Below are positions 18,749-26,993 of a DNA stretch of 64,000 bases, in pieces; the first letter of the stretch is position 1, and each line of letters starts with the position of its first letter. This DNA is from Candidatus Moraniibacteriota bacterium (GTDB lineage Bacteria > Patescibacteriota > Minisyncoccia > Moranbacterales > GWC2-37-73), in contig DAOOTD010000001.1 of NCBI GenBank assembly GCA_035390125.1, positions 116,003 to 180,002 of the forward strand. Reading direction: 5' to 3'. The position numbers and the translations under genes are program-made. The notes beneath the pieces were generated by a model. It was given only the letters and a program-made list of their open reading frames with translations. It was not told the origin of the DNA and searched no databases.

Positions 18749-19453
18749 ATGGCCAAGAAGCAACTGTTACCATTTATAAAAAACGAAGACTTATATAAAC
18801 ATGTAAAAATGGTTTTAAATGTTGCAAAAAACGCAACAAATAATGCTGAAAAAAAAATTTATAGTAATGTCATAGATCCATTCTCTGCATTATTTGATGC
18901 ATCAAATCAAAACATATCATTATCTGAATGGATAAAACAAGAAAAATCGAGACAAACACAGAAAACACTCCAAAATGCTATAGGTGAATTTCATCAAAAT
19001 ATATTGGGGTCAATGTCTGGATGGGAAAATTTAAAAACTGGTTCAGTTTCAGATCTTTCTAATAAAAATAAAAAAATAATTGCCGAAGTAAAAAATAAAT
19101 ATAATACAACGAAAGGTAATCACAAGACGGCAATTTATGATGACTTCAAAAAATTACTTAAAAAAGATTACAAAGGATACGAAGCGTATTACGTAGAGAT
19201 TATACCTAAAGGACGAAATGTTTATAATAAGCCTTTTACACCTCCAGATAATCGAACGGGGAAAAGAAGACCAAAAAATATAAAAATCAAAATAATTGAT
19301 GGTAAAACTTTCTATGATTTAGCTAGCGGCTATCCTGAATCTCTAAAGCAATTATATTTAGCTCTTCCAACTGCAATTAGTAATGTATTGGGAAAAAAGG
19401 TAAATAAAGTAAAATCTAATGAATTCGTAGCTCTTTTCAAAAAAGCTTACTAA
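18749..19453 (+). CDS. Putative type II restriction endonuclease (partner of the adjacent m5C MTase)
   Basis: Sits immediately upstream of and co-directional with a C5 MTase. Candidate PD-(D/E)XK-like spacing SD...(12)...EVK. No family recognised by eye. Confidence 0.35.
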   Translation: MAKKQLLPFIKNEDLYKHVKMVLNVAKNATNNAEKKIYSNVIDPFSALFDASNQNISLSEWIKQEKSRQTQKTLQNAIGEFHQNILGSMSGWENLKTGSVSDLSNKNKKIIAEVKNKYNTTKGNHKTAIYDDFKKLLKKDYKGYEAYYVEIIPKGRNVYNKPFTPPDNRTGKRRPKNIKIKIIDGKTFYDLASGYPESLKQLYLALPTAISNVLGKKVNKVKSNEFVALFKKAY

Positions 19454-19469
19454 GAAACTATAAATTAAT

Positions 19470-19515
19470 AACCCTTGCATAATGCAAGGGTTATTTGTTA
19501 TAATAGAACTATAAC
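19470..19515 (+). promoter_or_regulatory. Hairpin (AACCCTTGCA-TAA-TGCAAGGGTT) plus palindrome GTTATAATAGAACTATAAC upstream of the MTase gene
   Basis: Read from the sequence. The palindrome is a candidate operator for the MTase N-terminal HTH domain. Confidence 0.45.
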
Positions 19516-19533
19516 AAATAATGAAAACAAAAA

Positions 19534-20775
19534 ATGGATCAAACAATGACAATTTCTGATGCAGCTATTCAATTGGGTGTTTCAGCAGACACAATAAGAC
19601 GATGGGACAAAAAAGGTCTCATTAAGGCTGATCGTTCAGACTTAAATTATCGCCTATTTAATATCGAAGAAATAAAGCGCATTTACAATAAGGTTTCAGG
19701 GACTTTTACTGCGAATAATTATAAAATACTTAAAGATAATAAAAAAACTAAATATACAACGATAGAACTTTTTGCAGGAACTGGTGGTACTGCTATTGGT
19801 TTTGAAAATGCAGGATTAAATCATGTATTGCTTAATGAATGGGATAAAGATGCAGTCGAAACTCTTAAAATCAATAAACCAAAATGGAATGTAATTGGTG
19901 GTGATATTGCGAACGTAGATTTTAAAGGAATTAAAGCGGACATAGTTCAGGGAGGGTTCCCTTGTCAAACATTTAGTTATGCTGGGAAAAAAATGGGTTT
20001 TGAAGACACAAGAGGAACGATGTTTTTTGAGTTTGCGCGATGCGTGAAAGAAGTTAAACCAAAAATTGCAGTTGGTGAAAATGTAAGAGGATTGCTCAGG
20101 CATGATAATGGTAAGACACTTAGTACGATGGTAAAAATAATGAAGGATCTTGGATATAAAGTGCAATACAGAGTTGTTCGATCACAATATTTAGATGTTC
20201 CTCAAAAAAGAGAGCGACTTATTATTATTGCCATTAGAAATGATTTGAAAATTCCGTTTATTTTTCCAAAAGAAAAAGATTACACAATTTCAATAAAAGA
20301 AGCCTTAAAAAATTGTCCGAAATCAGCAGGGCAAGAATATCCAGAAAAAAAGAAAAAAATACTGTCTCTTATTCCGCCCGGAGGATATTGGAGAGATTTA
20401 CCCGTAAAATTACAGAAGGAATATATGGGAGCAAGTTTTTATATGGGAGGTGGAAAAACTGGTATGGCGAGAAGATTATCATGGGATGAACCAAGTCTAA
20501 CACTTACTTGTAGCCCAGCACAAAAACAAACAGAAAGATGCCATCCTAAAGAAACACGTCCATTGACTGTTAGAGAATATGCGCGCATACAAACTTTTCC
20601 AGATAGCTGGAAATTTCAAGGATCAACTTCCTCACAATATAAACAAATAGGAAATGCGGTTCCATGCAATCTCGGTTATCATATAGGAAAATGTTTAATT
20701 GCGATGCTTGAAAATAAACCAGATTTAAAAACAATGGAAATTGTTTATCCAAGTAGTCAGAAGAGTTTATTTTAA
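19534..20775 (+). CDS. DNA (cytosine-5)-methyltransferase with N-terminal MerR-like HTH domain
   Basis: N-terminus ISDAAIQLGVSADTIRRWDKKGLI is a MerR-type HTH. Catalytic FPCQTFSYAGK (PCQ, motif IV), ENV (motif VI) and C-terminal QIGNAVP. Confidence 0.85.
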   Translation: MDQTMTISDAAIQLGVSADTIRRWDKKGLIKADRSDLNYRLFNIEEIKRIYNKVSGTFTANNYKILKDNKKTKYTTIELFAGTGGTAIGFENAGLNHVLLNEWDKDAVETLKINKPKWNVIGGDIANVDFKGIKADIVQGGFPCQTFSYAGKKMGFEDTRGTMFFEFARCVKEVKPKIAVGENVRGLLRHDNGKTLSTMVKIMKDLGYKVQYRVVRSQYLDVPQKRERLIIIAIRNDLKIPFIFPKEKDYTISIKEALKNCPKSAGQEYPEKKKKILSLIPPGGYWRDLPVKLQKEYMGASFYMGGGKTGMARRLSWDEPSLTLTCSPAQKQTERCHPKETRPLTVREYARIQTFPDSWKFQGSTSSQYKQIGNAVPCNLGYHIGKCLIAMLENKPDLKTMEIVYPSSQKSLF

Positions 20776-20839
20776 TACCCAATTGAAGCAAAAAGAGGCT
20801 GATTTGTGCTGTGGATAAATAGTGATGTATCAACACTTT

Positions 20840-20875
20840 ACAAATTTTACAGATGTGATATAATAGAAAAAAGGA
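20840..20875 (+). promoter_or_regulatory. Sigma70-like promoter with extended -10 (TTTACA-16-TGaTATAAT)
   Basis: Read from the sequence upstream of the ImmA-like gene. Confidence 0.45.
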
Positions 20876-20993
20876 AAGTGGAAAAATTGCCGCAATTCCA
20901 AACACAAAAACGAAAGAATTTTATTAATTAGTCCGGCATTCTGACAAATACCAAATCGAAACCAAAAAGAACTTAATATTTTTAAAGTCCAGT

Positions 20994-21596
20994 TTGATTT
21001 TAAAGAGGAAGTTGAAAAGTATGTTTGTGACAGCACATATTTTTCAATTTCCTTTTTTTTGTTTAAAAATATATTCCATGAACAATTATGAGATAATTAA
21101 TATCAAGGCAGAACATATCGCTTTAGATATTTATAAAATTACAAAAGAAATTCCATCATCTATAATCTCACTGGTTAAATGGGTAGAGGAAGCTTTTGAT
21201 GTAAAAATAGGTAGCATATCTTATACTGCAAATCTTAGTAATGGTCATTCCGGACTTGTTTATTTTGATCCAGCAACACAAACTTATAAGATTTGGTTAA
21301 ATGCAAAAGAACCAGAATTTAGGCAAAGATTTACTTTATGTCATGAAATTGCTCATATTATAAGAAATAAAGATTTAAAGTATGGATTATCTGATGGGGA
21401 TATATATTCCAAATGGGGAGAAGAAAGATTTTGTAATCGATTTGCAGCTGCATATTTAATGCCAGCGGAATTATTTATTCAGAAATGGAGGACAGTAAAG
21501 GAACCTATTTTTTTAAAGAAAGCAAGGCTGTCTAGTTTGTTTAAAGTATCTGGCGAGGCAGTATATATTAGGGCACAAGAATTAAAATTGGTTTAA
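20994..21596 (+). CDS. ImmA/IrrE-family (DUF955) zinc metallopeptidase-like protein
   Basis: HEIAHIIRN HExxH motif in the context typical of ImmA/IrrE. SD AGAGGAAG before the ATG. Confidence 0.55.
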   Translation: MILKRKLKSMFVTAHIFQFPFFCLKIYSMNNYEIINIKAEHIALDIYKITKEIPSSIISLVKWVEEAFDVKIGSISYTANLSNGHSGLVYFDPATQTYKIWLNAKEPEFRQRFTLCHEIAHIIRNKDLKYGLSDGDIYSKWGEERFCNRFAAAYLMPAELFIQKWRTVKEPIFLKKARLSSLFKVSGEAVYIRAQELKLV

Positions 21597-21628
21597 TTTT
21601 TTTATTCTAAAAAGGAGGTGAAAATAAA

Positions 21629-21784
21629 ATGACGAAGAAAAAAGCAAAAAAGAAAGTTGCAAAAAGTTCAGGCAGTTTTTTATTAAGGTCTTCAAGAAGA
21701 ATTAAAAGATATGTTTGCCCAAACTGTAATTCTGACAAGCCAACGGTACGAGGAAAATGTCCAATATGTGGATATAGGGGATAA
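21629..21784 (+). pseudogene. bL32-like zinc-ribbon small protein, apparently disrupted by a 1-nt frameshift
   Basis: Strong SD AAAGGAGGTGA. Frame 1 gives MTKKKAKKKVAKSSGSFLLRSSRRIKRYVC. A +1 shift at 21718-21722 (CCCAA) continues as PNCNSDKPTVRGKCPICGYRG and ends at TAA 21782. The combined sequence is a CxxC...CxxC protein resembling zinc-binding bL32. Confidence 0.35.
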
Positions 21785-21814
21785 TTTTTTAATTATAGAA
21801 AGGTAGGTGATAAA

Positions 21815-21931
21815 AATGGAAAAAAGATATAGAAGTGCTAAAACAGGGCTCTATGTTTCTGAGGAATATGCGAAAAAACATAAAGACACAACAGTTGCAG
21901 AAACGGATAAAAAGCCAAAAAAGAAAAAATA
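21815..21931 (+). CDS. Small Lys-rich ORF (38 aa) with strong SD
   Basis: SD AAAGGTAGGTGA before ATG, similar to the leader of the preceding small gene. MEKRYRSAKTGLYVSEEYAKKHKDTTVAETDKKPKKKK. Confidence 0.3.
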
Positions 21932-22091
21932 AAGGTCTCCTTGGAAAATGCGACTGAGTCGGACGCGTTTGATCGGCATAATTATTTGCTGAGATGACGG
22001 CCTAAAAGCGCAACCTTCTACAAAAACACCGCTATCGCGGTTGTTTTTGTTTGGTGATATAATCAAGGCAGGCAAAAATTAAAGTAATTTT

Positions 22092-22832
22092 ATGCAGAAT
22101 GATGAAGTAAAAAAAATTGTAAAAGAGAGTTATACAAAAATCGCCAAGGGCAGCGGGTATTCTTGCTGCGGGGCGAAAAAGGAACAGGAAAGAATTGCCG
22201 AAGAAATCGGCTATGCCAAAGAAGATATCGCCAAATTTTCCGAAGCGAATTTGGGACTGGGTTGCGGCAATCCGGTGGCTATGGCGGAAATGAAAGAAGG
22301 GGATGTTGTTTTGGATTTGGGATCAGGCGCGGGATTCGATTGTTTTCTGGCAGCCAGAAGAGTGAAAGAAACAGGCAAAGTGATTGGGGTGGATATGGTT
22401 CCGGAAATGGTGGACAAAGCCAAAGCGAACAGCGAAAAATATGGATACGAAAATGTTGAATTTAAACTAGGCGAGATTGAAAGCTTGCCGGTGGAAGATA
22501 ATTCGGTGGATATAATTATCAGCAACTGCGTGATTAATTTATCACCTGACAAAGATAAAGTTTTTGCCGAAGCTTATCGAGTTTTAAAAAGCGGAGGAAA
22601 AATGTTTGTTTCCGATATTGTTCTGCTTCAGGAATTGCCGGAAGAAATTAAAAATAATAAAGAACTTTTATCCGGCTGTGTAGCAGGAGCGCTTCTCAAA
22701 GATGACTATGTTTCAAAAATTAAAAATGCCGGTTTTGCAGTCGAAATACTTTCGGAAGATTTGGATATCAGCAAAAAACAATATTCCGGCATGCCGCTGG
22801 AAAGTTTGAAAATAAAAGCGATTAAAAATTAA
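22092..22832 (+). CDS. ArsM-like SAM-dependent methyltransferase
   Basis: Class I MTase motif [11 protein letters not shown]. Conserved Cys pairs YSCCGA and LGCGNP resemble the As(III)-binding cysteines of arsenite methyltransferases. Confidence 0.65.
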   Translation: MQNDEVKKIVKESYTKIAKGSGYSCCGAKKEQERIAEEIGYAKEDIAKFSEANLGLGCGNPVAMAEMKEGDVVLDLGSGAGFDCFLAARRVKETGKVIGVDMVPEMVDKAKANSEKYGYENVEFKLGEIESLPVEDNSVDIIISNCVINLSPDKDKVFAEAYRVLKSGGKMFVSDIVLLQELPEEIKNNKELLSGCVAGALLKDDYVSKIKNAGFAVEILSEDLDISKKQYSGMPLESLKIKAIKN

Positions 22833-22835
22833 TAT

Positions 22836-23864
22836 ATGAGTAAAAAAATTTTTATTATTGTTTTGCCTTTACTGATACTGGCAATTTTTGCCGTTGGTTT
22901 TTTTTGGGGGCGCACTGAAATAATAAAAAAAGAAAATATTACGAAGCAGGAAAATGTTGTCCAAAAAGCAGCCGAAGAAGAGGTGCCGGTCAATGTGGTT
23001 CAGGAAACAGTCGTGCCGGAAATCCCTGTTATTATTCCGGAAGAAGAAAAAAGTGAAAATTCAGAAAATAAATTTACGTTTGCAAAACTCGGAGACACGC
23101 AAAGATTCAACGTGAACGATAAAAACGGAGCATTGCAGAAAGCTGTTGCAGAAATAAAAAAGCAAAACGTTGATTTTGTGGTTTCAACAGGAGACATCAT
23201 TTCCGGTTGCGGATCTGAATGCGCGGAAAAATTAAAAAACTGGAAAAATGTTATGGGTCCTTTGGCGGGGAAAATATATGTGGCTATGGGTAATCATGAC
23301 AGATCTGATGAAAATAAATCCGACAAAGTTTTTCAGGATTCTTTCAATTTTCCAACCAATGGTCCAAGCGGTTATTCTGAATTAGTCTATTCTTTCGACT
23401 ATAAAAATTCCCACTTCGTTTTTCTCAATAGTGAAAAACCGGAAGAAAATTTGATTGATTCCAAGCAGCGCAATTGGCTGGAAAGTGATTTGGCAGCGAC
23501 GCGGAAGGAGAATAAATTTATTTTTTTCCATGCCCCGGCCTATCCGCTCAGCAGCAAGATTGGTGAAAGTCTGGATGAGCATAAGAAAGACCGGGATGCG
23601 CTTTGGGCCATCTTCAAAAAATATAACGTGACGGCCGTTTTCAATGGCCATGAGCATATTCATAGTCGCAGAAATGTTGAGGGTATTTGGCAATTTGATT
23701 TTGGCAATACAGACTCTTTTGATCATGAATTGCCAAAATCAGGGGCGGATTTCTCTTATAGAGGACAAGCTTTCGGAATTGTGGAAGTTAATGGAAGAAA
23801 CATTAAGGTTAAAACCATTTCCGTGGATGGAAAAATCATCAATGAATTTTCTTTTTCCAAGTAA
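22836..23864 (+). CDS. Calcineurin-like metallophosphoesterase, membrane-anchored
   Basis: N-terminal TM. GDTQ...STGDII...MGNHD...GHEH metallophosphatase motifs. Confidence 0.75.
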   Translation: MSKKIFIIVLPLLILAIFAVGFFWGRTEIIKKENITKQENVVQKAAEEEVPVNVVQETVVPEIPVIIPEEEKSENSENKFTFAKLGDTQRFNVNDKNGALQKAVAEIKKQNVDFVVSTGDIISGCGSECAEKLKNWKNVMGPLAGKIYVAMGNHDRSDENKSDKVFQDSFNFPTNGPSGYSELVYSFDYKNSHFVFLNSEKPEENLIDSKQRNWLESDLAATRKENKFIFFHAPAYPLSSKIGESLDEHKKDRDALWAIFKKYNVTAVFNGHEHIHSRRNVEGIWQFDFGNTDSFDHELPKSGADFSYRGQAFGIVEVNGRNIKVKTISVDGKIINEFSFSK

Positions 23865-23984
23865 TTCCAAATTTTTTTGTTCATATATTTTGACAAGCAG
23901 GCAATACGGTGCTATTTTAATTGGTTCCTTTATAATTTATAAAAATAAAACAATTATCAATGGATAATGAAAGGGGGTTCCAGA

Positions 23985-24238
23985 TGCGATTAAAGGGGCT
24001 GTTTAAAAAAGAAACAAGCATGAATTCGAGGGCAATAGGCATGATGCACGAGGAATTCAATGGACTATTGGACAATGAGCGATTCATCCATTACGTGGGA
24101 ATGACAAAACCTTTTACACCTGGCGTCAGAGAATGCATGTTTACCGTGCAGTACAGGCATTTTAATCCGCAAAGCCAGCAGAGCGCGCTTTTTTTTATGC
24201 ACACGATCCGTTGGGCTGGTAAGTTAATTTTCCAATGA
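23985..24238 (+). CDS. Hypothetical protein
   Basis: SD AAGGGGG before ATG 23985 (the track ORF starts at 23960). Followed by a terminator. Confidence 0.4.
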
Positions 24239-24245
24239 AACGCCA

Positions 24246-24282
24246 AAAAGGCCGCATGACAAATTCAAAGCGGCCTTTTTCA
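24246..24282 (+). terminator. Rho-independent terminator
   Basis: GGCCGC-loop-GCGGCC hairpin followed by T5. Confidence 0.6.
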
Positions 24283-24340
24283 TTTGGTGCTATAATAAAA
24301 GCAGTGCAGAAATGATTAAATAATTAAATCGGGAAAAAAT

Positions 24341-24919
24341 ATGAAGCATAAAGATAAGTTTAACGAGATTTCTTTTATGACTGGCAAAAACAAAACTGCA
24401 CTTAGCCATTTAGGTGAGTGGTCCGTAGTTGATTTTGATAAGATGAAAGATAATAAAGGTAAGGTATATTATGCGAAAAAATTAAAAGACCTTCTATGTT
24501 ATCGGGAAAAAATTAAACGGCCGCTTTTTACTAGAATTGGAAACTTCGATGTCTGCTATTATTTACCGGTTATTTTATATAATCCAAAAACCATGCAGTC
24601 CATAATGACTTTAGCTGTGGCCGATACCGGTGCTGATTCCTCTTCTTTCAGCAGTGAAATAGCTGAAGCAATCGGAATTGATTGGAAAAAAGGGAAAAAG
24701 GTCAAAGGTTTCGAAAGCGAAAGGCTCATTCCATTTTACGCTTATCGAGTCAAGATTCTCATGAGTATTTTAAATGATAAAAATATTTATGAAGAAAAAA
24801 TTGATTTTACAGAAAAAAAGCATGCGGTTAATATAGTAGGTTATATTGGTTTTTTTAATCATTATGAGGTTGTTTTTCATCCCAAGTACAGAATGAAATA
24901 TAAGTTTATAAATAAATAA
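24341..24919 (+). CDS. Retropepsin-like (clan AA) aspartic peptidase-like protein
   Basis: LAVADTGADSSSF matches the hydrophobic-hydrophobic-D-T/S-G-A motif of retropepsin-like aspartyl proteases. Confidence 0.45.
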   Translation: MKHKDKFNEISFMTGKNKTALSHLGEWSVVDFDKMKDNKGKVYYAKKLKDLLCYREKIKRPLFTRIGNFDVCYYLPVILYNPKTMQSIMTLAVADTGADSSSFSSEIAEAIGIDWKKGKKVKGFESERLIPFYAYRVKILMSILNDKNIYEEKIDFTEKKHAVNIVGYIGFFNHYEVVFHPKYRMKYKFINK

Positions 24920-24946
24920 TTAATTATTTACTCATTTTTAAGGTAT

Positions 24947-25696
24947 ATGTCTGAATATTATAATCCAAACAGGGATGCTTCCTGGAACTACGGAGGAAAA
25001 AATTGGAAATTGAGCCGATCAAAAATCGATTTGTTTCTGGAATGTCCGAGATGTTTTTATCTGGACAACAAACTGGGTGTGAAACGAGTGCCAGGATTTC
25101 CGTTTTCCATAAACAGTGCAGTGGACTATCTTTTGAAGCAGGAATTCGATTCCTATCGGGTAAAAAATGAGCAGCATCCTCTGCAGAAAGAATATGGCAT
25201 TGATGCCCGGCCGATGTCGCATGCCGAACTTGATGAGTGGCGGAGAAATTTCGGCGGCGTGAAATATCTGCATGAACCGACCGAACTTCTGGTTACAGGC
25301 GCGATTGACGATTTGTGGATCAATGGTAAAGAAGAATACATTGTCGTTGACTACAAGGCGACAGCCAAGGATGAAGCAGTCAAAGCTCTGGACAAGGAAT
25401 GGCAAAATGGCTACAAGCGCCAAATGGAAATCTATCAGTGGCTCTTGCGTCAGAATGGCCTGAAAGTTTCCGATACCGGCTATTTTGTTTATTGCACAGG
25501 TAAAATGGACCGACAGGCTTTTGATAAAAAAATAGAGTTTGATATTAATTTGATTGAACATAAGGGCGATGATTCCTGGGTGGAAAAAACGCTTTTTGAA
25601 ATCAAAAAATGCCTGGACAGCGATCGGATTCCAAAATCAGGAGCGGATTGCGACCATTGTGCCTATTGGAACGCCAGAAATAAAATAGAAAAATAA
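24947..25696 (+). CDS. Cas4-like PD-(D/E)XK nuclease with Cys cluster
   Basis: N-terminal CPRCFY, D...EYIVVDYK (D/ExK), a QxxxY motif (RQMEIYQW) and C-terminal CDHCAYW. Same architecture as Cas4/RecB-family Fe-S nucleases. No CRISPR array nearby. Confidence 0.6.
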   Translation: MSEYYNPNRDASWNYGGKNWKLSRSKIDLFLECPRCFYLDNKLGVKRVPGFPFSINSAVDYLLKQEFDSYRVKNEQHPLQKEYGIDARPMSHAELDEWRRNFGGVKYLHEPTELLVTGAIDDLWINGKEEYIVVDYKATAKDEAVKALDKEWQNGYKRQMEIYQWLLRQNGLKVSDTGYFVYCTGKMDRQAFDKKIEFDINLIEHKGDDSWVEKTLFEIKKCLDSDRIPKSGADCDHCAYWNARNKIEK

Positions 25697-25711
25697 TTAA
25701 TAAATAAAAAT

Positions 25712-26140
25712 ATGAAATATAAAAATTTCAAAGTTTTCTTTCTAATTTTTTCAGTGGCAGGATTTTTATTTTCAGGATATATGAGTTGGATTAAAATGTT
25801 TTCTTCTGTCTGTGCTTTCGGAGAAACATGCCCGCTGTTTCTGGGATTCCCAGCTTGTTATTTCGGATTTATAATGTTCTGCTTATTGCTTATTTTTTCT
25901 TTGCTTCTGTTTTTCAATAAATGGAATGTCGAATCTTTGTCAAAATCACTATTCTTTTCTTCATTTGCCGGTGTAATTTTTTCTGGATATTTTTCGATAG
26001 GGGAATTGCCTTTATTTTTGCAGAATGGACCAAGCGCATACTTTTTCGGCCTTCCAACTTGTGTCATGGGTTTTTTATTTTTTATTGCTATTTTTATCGT
26101 TTCCATAATTTTTAGAAAAGCTCTTTTAGTTTCTGCTTAA
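25712..26140 (+). CDS. Small polytopic membrane protein with conserved Cys pairs
   Basis: 4 TM helices. CAFGETC within a TM loop region. No family assigned. Confidence 0.45.
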   Translation: MKYKNFKVFFLIFSVAGFLFSGYMSWIKMFSSVCAFGETCPLFLGFPACYFGFIMFCLLLIFSLLLFFNKWNVESLSKSLFFSSFAGVIFSGYFSIGELPLFLQNGPSAYFFGLPTCVMGFLFFIAIFIVSIIFRKALLVSA

Positions 26141-26159
26141 TAAATTAATAAATAAAAAT

Positions 26160-26564
26160 ATGAACAACGCATACAATTGGTATTCAACTTTAATAAAGCC
26201 ATCCTGGTCTCCGCCCAGCTGGATTTTCGGTCCCGTCTGGACAGTTTTATATATCATCATAGCGTTCACATTCGGGACGGTTTTTTTGAAAACTTTCACC
26301 GGCAAATTGCCTTGGATGGTGGCTTTGCCCTTTGCGCTCAATCTGGTTTTCAATTTTGCTTTCACTCCTTTACAGTTCGGACTCAAAAATAACTATCTGG
26401 CTGCGGGCGACATTCTGCTGGTTTTGGGAACTCTTATTTGGGCGCTGATCGCTATCTGGCCGCATTATCGCTGGATTGTCTATGCTAATGTTCCTTATTT
26501 TCTCTGGGTTTCTTTTGCTACAGTCTTGCAGCTGACAATAACTTATCTGAATTTAGGCAAATAA
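26160..26564 (+). CDS. tspO: TspO/MBR (tryptophan-rich sensory protein) family
   Basis: WYSTLIKPSWSPPSWIFGPVWTVLY is the N-terminal TspO signature. 5 TM helices. Confidence 0.8.
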   Translation: MNNAYNWYSTLIKPSWSPPSWIFGPVWTVLYIIIAFTFGTVFLKTFTGKLPWMVALPFALNLVFNFAFTPLQFGLKNNYLAAGDILLVLGTLIWALIAIWPHYRWIVYANVPYFLWVSFATVLQLTITYLNLGK

Positions 26565-26576
26565 TTCTATCTAATT

Positions 26577-26921
26577 ATGCGGGTTTGGGACATACATCCA
26601 AAACATCTTTGCCGGAAACACCTTTTGGCGGAACACAGGGAACTTCATGGTCTTTGGAATATTCTGACCAAGCACGGCGGAAAAGGCGGATATTCCCGCC
26701 ATCCGGAAACGCTCCGATGGGTCGGCAAACAGAAGGCGCTTTTTGAAAGGCACGAGACCCTGATCCGGGAATTTTTGCGGCGCGGCTATCATCATCATTC
26801 TCCCTTGGACAAAAAACTGGCTGTCGGACAAGGCGGACAAAAAGTTTTCATCAACACCATTGCGGAGCAGAAAATAATTCTCCGCAAGAAACCCTGTGAC
26901 TGCTTCCTGCATCTCAAATAA
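26577..26921 (+). CDS. Pyrimidine-dimer DNA glycosylase (T4 endonuclease V/DenV-like)
   Basis: MRVWDIHPKHLCRKHLLAEHRELHGLW parallels the T4 endoV N-terminal catalytic region (HLMAEYREL). Confidence 0.7.
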   Translation: MRVWDIHPKHLCRKHLLAEHRELHGLWNILTKHGGKGGYSRHPETLRWVGKQKALFERHETLIREFLRRGYHHHSPLDKKLAVGQGGQKVFINTIAEQKIILRKKPCDCFLHLK

Positions 26922-26993
26922 ATCATTGGATGACTCCTTTTCAAAAAAACTAAAAAATCATATAATTTAAACATAATTTTAAAAAACAAAAAT

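Noticed and set aside
21629-21805. Taking the 58-aa frame-1 ORF (21629..21805) at face value as the real product.
   Set aside because: Its C-terminal half (VCPTVILTSQRYEENVQYVDIGDNFLIIER) has no features. The +1 frame gives a perfect CxxC-x12-CxxC zinc ribbon ending at a stop. A frameshifted zinc-ribbon gene explains both halves better, but this remains unproven.
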